Positions 55,242 to 64,000 of a stretch of 64,000 bases of DNA are shown piece by piece; positions within the stretch are counted from its first letter, which is position 1; each line of letters opens with the position of its first letter. Position numbers and translations under genes: made by a program. The notes beneath the pieces were generated by a model. The model worked only from the letters and a program-made list of their open reading frames with translations, searched no databases and was not told the DNA's origin. The DNA lies in contig CALDYU010000011.1 in NCBI GenBank assembly GCA_937944485.1, positions 597 to 64,596 of the forward strand, written 5' to 3'. The DNA is from an uncultured Flavobacteriaceae bacterium. Lineage in GTDB: Bacteria > Bacteroidota > Bacteroidia > Flavobacteriales > Flavobacteriaceae.

Positions 55242-56467
55242 AAGAGCATTGGGCGATTTTTGTAAATAACAATTCAAATAAAAAGGCACTTATTCACAAA
55301 CTTCTAAGTGGTGATGTACCTTCGCCTTTAAAGAAGTTAAAGACGAAAAAAGGAGGGTTATTTTCAAAACTGGCCTTAGACAAATTTCTTAAAGAGGAAG
55401 ATAGGCATGGCAAGAATCGTCTAGAACAAGGTTTTAATCAAGCCCTGAAAACAATGTCGAGCGGAGAACAAAAGAAAGCCCTTCTGCATTATTTGCTTCG
55501 TACTACTTATGATTTTATTATTCTTGACAACCCTTTTGATAATTTAGACCATGATTCTCAAATTGAATTTATTAAGCGCGTTGAAGCCCAGGCTCAAGAA
55601 ACTACTTTTATTCAAATCTTAAGTCGTGAAAGTGAAGTCCTGCCGTTTATAACTAATTATGCAGATTTAAATGGTACCCTTCTGTCTTTTAGAGAAAGTA
55701 CCCTCTTAACTCCTTCTAAAATAAAACACCCCTTTACAGGGAAAATTCCAAAACCCTTGGAGCCTTCTCCGCCCTTAAATCAGTTATTAATTCATCTGAG
55801 TGATGTATCGGTTCGTTTTGGAAACAAAATAGTACTAAAACATATTGATTGGAAGATTCACAAAGGAGAATTTTGGCAACTAAGTGGTAAAAATGGAAGC
55901 GGTAAAAGCACCTTACTCGCTATGATTACGGGAGAAAATCCGAAAGGCTACGGACAAGAACTCTTTCTTTTTGGAAAAAAGAAAGGGAGTGGGGAAAGCA
56001 TTTGGGATATTAAAAAAAATATAGGCTACTTCTCGCCAGCCATGACCTATAAATTTAACGGACGCCATTCGGTTGAACACATGCTCATTTCAGGTTTGAA
56101 TGATTCTATTGGCTTATATTTAAAACCTACCGAAAGTCAATTAGCTCTGGCCAAAAAATGGATGCTTCTATTGGGTTTTCTTGATTTGAAAAACGAACTG
56201 TTTTGTAACTTAACAATGGGGCAGCAGCGATTAATTATGATTGCTAGGGCTATGGTAAAACATCCACCCTTATTACTATTAGATGAGCCTACCGCGGGCC
56301 TTGACGATCAATCAGTTGATTTACTCGTAAACCTGGTTAATAAAATTGCAAAAGAGAGTCATACGGCTATTATATTCGTTTCTCACCGCGTGGAGCAGGG
56401 ACTTAACCCCGACTATATTTACGAACTACAAATGACGGCGAGCGGTTCAATTGGAAAAATACTATAA
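55238..56467 (+). CDS. Soluble ABC ATPase (ModF-like) with degenerate N-terminal half
   Basis: The C-terminal NBD is complete (GKNGSGKST, LTMGQQR, LLLDEPTAGLD). The N-terminal half keeps only a signature-like MSSGEQ, a Walker-B-like IILDNPFDNLD and a decayed P-loop NNNSNKKA. Its ATG overlaps the GNAT stop (ATGA). Confidence 0.8.
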   Translation: MKEHWAIFVNNNSNKKALIHKLLSGDVPSPLKKLKTKKGGLFSKLALDKFLKEEDRHGKNRLEQGFNQALKTMSSGEQKKALLHYLLRTTYDFIILDNPFDNLDHDSQIEFIKRVEAQAQETTFIQILSRESEVLPFITNYADLNGTLLSFRESTLLTPSKIKHPFTGKIPKPLEPSPPLNQLLIHLSDVSVRFGNKIVLKHIDWKIHKGEFWQLSGKNGSGKSTLLAMITGENPKGYGQELFLFGKKKGSGESIWDIKKNIGYFSPAMTYKFNGRHSVEHMLISGLNDSIGLYLKPTESQLALAKKWMLLLGFLDLKNELFCNLTMGQQRLIMIARAMVKHPPLLLLDEPTAGLDDQSVDLLVNLVNKIAKESHTAIIFVSHRVEQGLNPDYIYELQMTASGSIGKIL

Positions 56468-56475
56468 CTGCGCAT

Positions 56476-56505
56476 AAAAAAAGCCATACACTTTCGTACA
56501 TGGCT
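56476..56505 (-). terminator. Terminator downstream of secDF
   Basis: On the minus strand, AGCCAT...ATGGCT (6-bp stem) is followed by TTTTTTT. Confidence 0.5.
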
Positions 56506-56525
56506 CTTACAATATTTAGAATTTT

Positions 56526-59516
56526 CTATTCTTGCTTTTCTCCTTTAACTGCCTTTTTAAGAGAATCAAACATCACTGGTGTTGCAATGAATAATGACGA
56601 ATAGGTACCTACAATAATACCAACAATCATAGCGAACATAAATCCGCGAAGCGATTCACCGCCAAAAACGAAAATAGCCAATAATACTACCAATGTCGTT
56701 AATGAAGTATTTAATGTTCTACTAAGTGTACTATTAAGAGCTAAATTAACATTAGAGCCACCTTTCCAGCCTTTCTCGCCAATGATCTCACGAATACGGT
56801 CAAATACTACCACAGTATCATTTAAAGAATACCCTATCACTGTTAGAATAGCCGCAATAAACGCTTGGTCAATTTCTAAGCTAAAAGGTAAAATATTGGT
56901 AGCTCCAAAAATGGAGAATATTCCTAATACAATCATGACATCATGAAAAACTGCCGTTACAGCACCTAAAGAATATTGCCATTTTCTAAAACGCAATAAA
57001 ATATATAGGAAAACAACAGCTAAAGAGCCAATAATTGCCCAGTATGCATTTTGCTTAATATCATCCGCAATTGTTGGGCCCACCTTTACAGATTGCATAA
57101 TACCAACAACTTTATCATCACTACCTATAACAAAATTTTCTTGTGTAAGTCCGTCAGGTAAGTAATTTTGTAATGCCGTAAACAACTTCCCTTGAATTTC
57201 ATCATCGACTTCAATACCTTCAACGTCAACCTTATACGGAGTCGTAATTTTAATTTGATTCGCCTCACCGAATGTTTTCACTTTTGTACCTCCATCAAAA
57301 ACAGCAGGAGCATCTAATTTAGATGTTATTTCAGCGGTATTTACGGCTTTCTCAAAACGAACGGTATACGATCGACCGCCAATGAAATCAACACCCTGTT
57401 GTAAACCTTGTGTTAATAGAGAAAACAAACCAATACCGACTAATACAGCAGAAATAATGTAAGCGATTTTTCTTTTACCTAAGAACTTAATATTAATATT
57501 TTGGAATAGGTTCTTGGTAAGTGCCGTAGAAAAGTCTAGTGATCTATTCTTACCACTCAAATACCAATCAACCAATAAACGAGTCACAAAAATTGCCGTA
57601 AACAAAGATGTTAGAATACCTATTAATAAGGTTGTTGCAAAACCTTTTATGGGTCCAGAACCGAATACCAATAAAATTAATGCTGTAAGACCAGTAGTTA
57701 TATTCGCATCTAAAATAGAGGAAAGCGCATTATTAAAGCCGTCAGCAACTGCCAGACTTTTACCTTTTCCTTTCTTAATTTCCTCTTTAATTCGTTCAAA
57801 AATAAGTACGTTAGCATCTACCGACATACCTATTGTTAAAACAATACCCGCAATACCCGGTAAAGTTAGCACTGCTTCAATACTAGTTAAGGTACCAAAA
57901 ATCAATAAGATATTTAACAATAATGCTACATCTGCAAATATGCCTGCCTTACCGTAGTAGAAAACCATCCAAACCAAAACGATAATCATCGCAATAATAA
58001 ATGACATCAAACCACTATCGATGGCCTCTTGACCAAGAGATGGACCAACGATTTCAGATTGAATAATTTCTGCTTTCGCTGGTAATTTACCAGCACGCAA
58101 AACATTCGCAATATCTTTCGTTTCTACCAGTTTAAAGTTTCCAGATATTTCGGTTCCTCCACCAGTAATACCACCAACTACTGAACAACCTGGCGCCGTG
58201 TATACTTTATCATCTAAAACTACAGCAATACCAGTGTTGTTTTTATTAGCATCGCTAGTTAATTTTTGCCATTCTTTAGCACCCTTAGAATTCATACTCA
58301 TTCTAACGATGTTTCTATTTCTCAAATCAATATCGCTTCTAGCGTCACTTACCACATCACCACTCATTCGAGGCTTGTTGTCTCTACCAGATTTTAAAGC
58401 AAATAATTCTATGACATCACTTTTTTCAGCTGACTGGCGTTTCCATGCAAATTTGGCAAACTGAATATCTGCTGGCAACAAACGTCTTATTTCTGGCATT
58501 CTCAAATATTCATCAACTTCTTGTTGATCTTTTACTGCTACTCTGAACCAAGCATTCGTACCGGGTATTGGCGGTATAAATTTATCTAGTAAAGGATTTA
58601 CTTGATTTGCCACTTCTAATGAATCGGCTGTCACATCAGATAGCAAAGAATCGAGTTCTGAAACTTCCTTAACTGGTTCTTCGGTTTTTTCTGGAACATC
58701 AACCAACGTTTTTAGCTTTTCATTAGCCTGAACTAAAAAAGTACTTAAACTAGGTGTATTCTGCGGGTATGTTTCCCAAAATTGCAATTCAGCAGTTTGC
58801 GAAACTAATTCTAAAGCTCGCTTTACATCTTTAGCACCTGGCAACTCAATAAGTACACGACCAGAGGTGCCAATACGTTGAATGTTAGGTTGTGTAACTC
58901 CATAACCATCTATACGTTCACGAAGTACTTCAAATGCCGAAACAATTGCATCATCAATTTTTTGACGGATAATAGGTCTTACGATATCATCACTAGCATT
59001 TACATCTTTAATATCATCACCTAAATTTTTCGTGAAGAAAATTTCAGGAGAGGCTAATCTTGTATCTCCTTTAATATTATCAAAAGCCTCAAAGAATAGA
59101 TCAATATAGGTATCATCACTGTTCTTTGCTAGTTCATCAGCATCTGCTAAAGCCTTTGTAAAGACAGGGTTTTTACTCTGATCAGAGAGTCCTATTAAAA
59201 TATCTTTAATTGATATTTGAATAGTTGCATTAATACCTCCTTCAAGGTCTAGTCCCTTATTTAGTTGTTTCTTCTTGGCATTTTCGTAGGTTGTAAAACC
59301 ATATTGTTTGAGTTCTGCCACAGAATCAAGATACTTAACTACCAATTCATCTTGTTTTACACCAACATCTGGATCATTCGAATCGGGAAGTATACTTTTA
59401 GCGTATTCTTCAGCTGAAGTCTCAACTTTATTAGTGATAAATGTGAAGGATAGTTGGTAAATACTAACTAGTCCAAACAAGAAAGCAAAAAGCTTTATAA
59501 GTCCTCTGTTATGCAT
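56526..59516 (-). CDS. secDF: Protein translocase subunit SecDF (fused)
   Basis: 996 aa with two RND-like 6-TM blocks and large periplasmic domains, and typical SecD/SecF motifs (GLDLEGG, LGPSLG, GRSYTV). Confidence 0.97.
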   Translation of the reverse strand: MHNRGLIKLFAFLFGLVSIYQLSFTFITNKVETSAEEYAKSILPDSNDPDVGVKQDELVVKYLDSVAELKQYGFTTYENAKKKQLNKGLDLEGGINATIQISIKDILIGLSDQSKNPVFTKALADADELAKNSDDTYIDLFFEAFDNIKGDTRLASPEIFFTKNLGDDIKDVNASDDIVRPIIRQKIDDAIVSAFEVLRERIDGYGVTQPNIQRIGTSGRVLIELPGAKDVKRALELVSQTAELQFWETYPQNTPSLSTFLVQANEKLKTLVDVPEKTEEPVKEVSELDSLLSDVTADSLEVANQVNPLLDKFIPPIPGTNAWFRVAVKDQQEVDEYLRMPEIRRLLPADIQFAKFAWKRQSAEKSDVIELFALKSGRDNKPRMSGDVVSDARSDIDLRNRNIVRMSMNSKGAKEWQKLTSDANKNNTGIAVVLDDKVYTAPGCSVVGGITGGGTEISGNFKLVETKDIANVLRAGKLPAKAEIIQSEIVGPSLGQEAIDSGLMSFIIAMIIVLVWMVFYYGKAGIFADVALLLNILLIFGTLTSIEAVLTLPGIAGIVLTIGMSVDANVLIFERIKEEIKKGKGKSLAVADGFNNALSSILDANITTGLTALILLVFGSGPIKGFATTLLIGILTSLFTAIFVTRLLVDWYLSGKNRSLDFSTALTKNLFQNINIKFLGKRKIAYIISAVLVGIGLFSLLTQGLQQGVDFIGGRSYTVRFEKAVNTAEITSKLDAPAVFDGGTKVKTFGEANQIKITTPYKVDVEGIEVDDEIQGKLFTALQNYLPDGLTQENFVIGSDDKVVGIMQSVKVGPTIADDIKQNAYWAIIGSLAVVFLYILLRFRKWQYSLGAVTAVFHDVMIVLGIFSIFGATNILPFSLEIDQAFIAAILTVIGYSLNDTVVVFDRIREIIGEKGWKGGSNVNLALNSTLSRTLNTSLTTLVVLLAIFVFGGESLRGFMFAMIVGIIVGTYSSLFIATPVMFDSLKKAVKGEKQE

Positions 59517-59605
59517 CGATTATGGAATTTCTTTGATAATTTTTCTTACAGCCTGCAAATATAAGATTTTCCCTTAGGATTAAACAATATAATTATCGGT
59601 TAATA

Positions 59606-59642
59606 TAAAAATGACAACACCCTGCCTAAAGGCAGGGTGTTG
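59606..59642 (-). terminator. Rho-independent terminator downstream of mdh
   Basis: CAACACCCTGCC (59615-59626) pairs with GGCAGGGTGTTG (59631-59642) across loop TAAA. The minus strand continues TCATTTTTAT. Confidence 0.7.
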
Positions 59643-59667
59643 TGTTTTCAATTAAAAAACCTAGTGT

Positions 59668-60594
59668 TTAAAGCTCTAAAAGCCCATTGGTTTTTGTAAC
59701 GCCAGCAGCACTTTCTTGCATTTTATCTTTCTCAGCGTCACTCAAGGGAACATCCACAATTTTCTCTATTCCATTTTTTCCTAAAATAACAGGAACACCA
59801 ATACAGATATCCTTTAATCCGTATTCACCATCTAACAATGTCGAACATGGAAACATCTTTTTCTGATCACAAGCAATTGCCTGTACCAAGGCAGAAACTG
59901 CAGCACCGGGTGCATACCAAGCACTAGTTCCTAATAAACCTGTTAAAGTAGCGCCACCTACTTTTGTATCTGCCGCCACCTGCTCTAGTCGATCAGAAGA
60001 CAAAAATTCAGAAACACGAATACTATTTCGAGTAGCATGCGATGTTAATGGAACCATACCTTTATCGCTATGACCCCCAATTACCATTCCGTCTACATCA
60101 GAGATAGGTGCTTCCAAAGCCTCCGCTAATCGATATTTAAAACGTGCACTATCTAGGGCGCCTCCCATACCAATTATTCTAGTTTTTGGTAAGTTGGTTG
60201 TTTTATGAACTAAATAAGTCATCGTATCCATAGGATTACTAACAACTATTAAAATTACATTCGGAGAATGTTCGATAAGGCTTGAAGAAACGCTTTTTAC
60301 AATACCAGCATTAATTCCTATTAATTCTTCTCGCGTCATTCCCGGTTTTCGCGGAATTCCTGAAGTTATTACTGCAATATCACTATTCGCAGTTTTTGAA
60401 TAATCACTTGTACTACCAGTAATTTTAGTATCAAAACCATTTAAAGAAGCCGTTTGCATCAAATCCATCGCCTTCCCTTCGGCATAACCCTCTTTAATAT
60501 CAACCAGAACTACTTCTGAGGCAAAATTCTTAATAGCAATGTACTCTGCACAACTTGCACCAACTGCACCTGCTCCAACAACAGTAACTTTCAT
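59668..60594 (-). CDS. mdh: Malate dehydrogenase (LDH-like type)
   Basis: MKVTVVGAGAVG Rossmann motif, IPRKPGMTREEL and GGHSD blocks. Confidence 0.97.
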   Translation of the reverse strand: MKVTVVGAGAVGASCAEYIAIKNFASEVVLVDIKEGYAEGKAMDLMQTASLNGFDTKITGSTSDYSKTANSDIAVITSGIPRKPGMTREELIGINAGIVKSVSSSLIEHSPNVILIVVSNPMDTMTYLVHKTTNLPKTRIIGMGGALDSARFKYRLAEALEAPISDVDGMVIGGHSDKGMVPLTSHATRNSIRVSEFLSSDRLEQVAADTKVGGATLTGLLGTSAWYAPGAAVSALVQAIACDQKKMFPCSTLLDGEYGLKDICIGVPVILGKNGIEKIVDVPLSDAEKDKMQESAAGVTKTNGLLEL

Positions 60595-60835
60595 ATATTA
60601 ATGTATTTAAAATTATTTTCTTAGCGCCACAAAAATACAAATTCCCTTGTGAACACTATCGATGAAATACACTTAAATATGGATTGGTATTATCGATAAA
60701 ATGCAGCTATAAACCAAAATCTATGTGCTTTAACGAAGATTAACGGAATAATTGACCGTACATCGAATTTTAGCAATACCAACTTGAAAACTAGCGTTCT
60801 AAGTCGACCAAGTCTCATTTTACAAAACCTACTTA

Positions 60836-61210
60836 ATGAAAAAGTTTTTTTCATTTGTCGCTATAATAGGAATAATATCTGTTAGCAATTGCTCTAGAAT
60901 TCCTGAAAACAATGACCCAGTTATTGGTATTTGGTCAAGTGCTGCCTTAGTCGCTACTGCTCAAACCCAAAAGCAGAATTCATATCAAGAATGGATATTC
61001 AATGATGCCTATTTAGGTAGATATCACAGCTATATAGATGGTAACTTAGAAATTGTATCAGATTTCAAATGGACAGAAGAAAAAGGAGAATACAACATAC
61101 AATATCCGGGCTTAGACCATAAATCTGATGATATTGTAACTCTGGTTGAATCTGAAAATAAATCAATATTAAAAGATACGAATGGCATTGTTATGGCCAT
61201 TCGAGAATAA
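60836..61210 (+). CDS. Hypothetical lipoprotein (124 aa)
   Basis: Lipobox SVSNC|S; no recognisable domain. Confidence 0.6.
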   Translation: MKKFFSFVAIIGIISVSNCSRIPENNDPVIGIWSSAALVATAQTQKQNSYQEWIFNDAYLGRYHSYIDGNLEIVSDFKWTEEKGEYNIQYPGLDHKSDDIVTLVESENKSILKDTNGIVMAIRE

Positions 61211-61235
61211 TAAAATAGTTTATTAAGATTTGAAT

Positions 61236-61267
61236 AAAAAACGGCTTGAAAATTCAAGCCGTTTTTT
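61236..61267. terminator. Bidirectional rho-independent terminator
   Basis: AAAAA-ACGGCTTGAA-aa-TTCAAGCCGT-TTTTT lies between convergent genes (lipoprotein + strand, gyrB - strand). Confidence 0.7.
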
Positions 61268-61287
61268 ATTATATGTAGTACTACCTG

Positions 61288-63294
<2,007 letters not shown>

Positions 63295-63483
63295 TTAAGG
63301 TTCTGTTTAGTTGAATTTTTGCAATCTTACAAATATACGCAATACCCTATCAGATATAGCTTTCCGACATTTTTTAAAGTCTTAAGTTATTAACATTTTT
63401 TGTGGAAAAAAGAAGGCTTATTTTATAGCTTGATTACAGATTCATTGAACAATTGTGTTGCCATTTACAAGGTATGGAACACT

Positions 63484-63512
63484 AAAAAAAAGCCCCGATC
63501 AGGGATCAGGGC
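63484..63512 (-). terminator. Rho-independent terminator downstream of asnB
   Basis: The minus strand reads GCCCTGATC-cct-GATCGGGGC (one mismatch) followed by TTTTTTTT. Confidence 0.6.
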
Positions 63513-63626
63513 TCTTCGACTAATTAAAATAAAAACTGAACCTGTCGTAACAGGCAATGAAACAGCAATTATTATTGTTTTTAAAGGTTTATAACACCTT
63601 TAAAGTTCTTTAATATATATTCTTTA

Positions 63627-64000
63627 CTAATAGGCTTCTTCATGCACATTAGCAACAGCTCTTCCAGAAGGATCATTCATATTTTTAAATGCTTCATCCC
63701 ACTCCAAGGCAATTTGAGTACTACAAGCTACAGAAGCTTCTTGAGGCACGCTTAAAGCGGCTGCATCTGATGGAAAATGACTTTCGAATATAGAACGATA
63801 ATAATATTCTTCTTTTGAAGTAGGCGTTTGTATAGGGAATCTAAAATTTGCGCTTTTCAACTGGTCATCACTTACGGCTGTGTTAACTACTTCTTTTAAA
63901 GTATCAATCCAACTATACCCTACTCCGTCAGAAAATTGTTCTTTTTGACGCCATGCCACACTTTCAGGAAGCATGTCTTCAAAAGCTTTGCGAACAACCC
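63627..64000 (-). CDS. asnB: Asparagine synthase (glutamine-hydrolysing), C-terminal end; gene continues beyond the window
   Basis: Conserved C-terminal block LPESVAWRQKEQFSDGVGYSWID. The frame stays open to base 64000. Confidence 0.9.
   Translation of the reverse strand, partial: VVRKAFEDMLPESVAWRQKEQFSDGVGYSWIDTLKEVVNTAVSDDQLKSANFRFPIQTPTSKEEYYYRSIFESHFPSDAAALSVPQEASVACSTQIALEWDEAFKNMNDPSGRAVANVHEEAY

Noticed and set aside
63400-63594. 64-aa ORF in the gyrB-asnB intergenic region.
   Set aside because: It runs through the asnB terminator hairpin/T-run (63484-63512) and has no motif. It is most likely non-coding.
63580-63604. 9-bp hairpin TTTAAAGGT/ACCTTTAAA immediately downstream of the asnB stop.
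   Set aside because: It is an AT-rich stem with no T-run on the coding (minus) strand. The better terminator candidate is at 63484-63512.

Overview
AT-rich chromosomal segment with the hallmarks of a marine Flavobacteriia (Bacteroidota) genome: T9SS type-B C-terminal sorting domains, laminarin-degrading enzymes, a Rho factor with a long disordered N-terminal insertion, and the conserved folP/DUF1599/tpiA/prmA/clpS neighbourhood. All domain calls come from motifs read by eye in the supplied translations, because no search could be run. Layout: (i) 1-7.8 kb is an accessory stretch. It holds a C5-methyltransferase (cut by the window edge) coupled to a 249-aa putative restriction enzyme, two near-identical 61-nt GC-rich structured repeats bracketing a DinB/HxlR/DinB module, several small orphan secreted proteins, and an orphan GH32. 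(ii) 7.9-14.2 kb holds a Crp regulator, a cytochrome-c 'dehydrogenase-domain' lipoprotein, an SDR, a ThuA-like protein and a split YeeE/YedE pair. (iii) 14.2-27.9 kb is a minus-strand beta-1,3-glucan (laminarin) locus. Its order is transmembrane LuxR-type regulator, PKD/CBM-repeat lipoprotein, GH16 with a large inserted module, a terminator, GH149-like cytoplasmic phosphorylase, GH17 and an MFS/GPH symporter. No SusC/SusD pair is visible. (iv) 27.9-64 kb is mostly housekeeping: clpS, prmA, tpiA, folP, cdaA, truA, rho, rpsT, 2x tRNA-Glu, proS, folE, cysS, yidD, lgt, secDF, mdh, gyrB and partial asnB. This stretch is interrupted at 43.4-49.7 kb by the most unusual element I found. That element is a lipoprotein made of a Trp/Gly/Asn block plus a ~210-aa Arg/Ser/Tyr tail, followed by a FadL/PorV-like outer-membrane barrel and convergent with two paralogous T9SS type-B cargo genes. 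I saw no CRISPR array, transposase, integrase or rRNA. Best novelty candidates, in order: the W/G-SR lipoprotein + barrel pair, the 61-nt structured repeats with wobble-compatible substitutions, and the SusCD-less laminarin locus with its split GH16 and candidate operator repeats.
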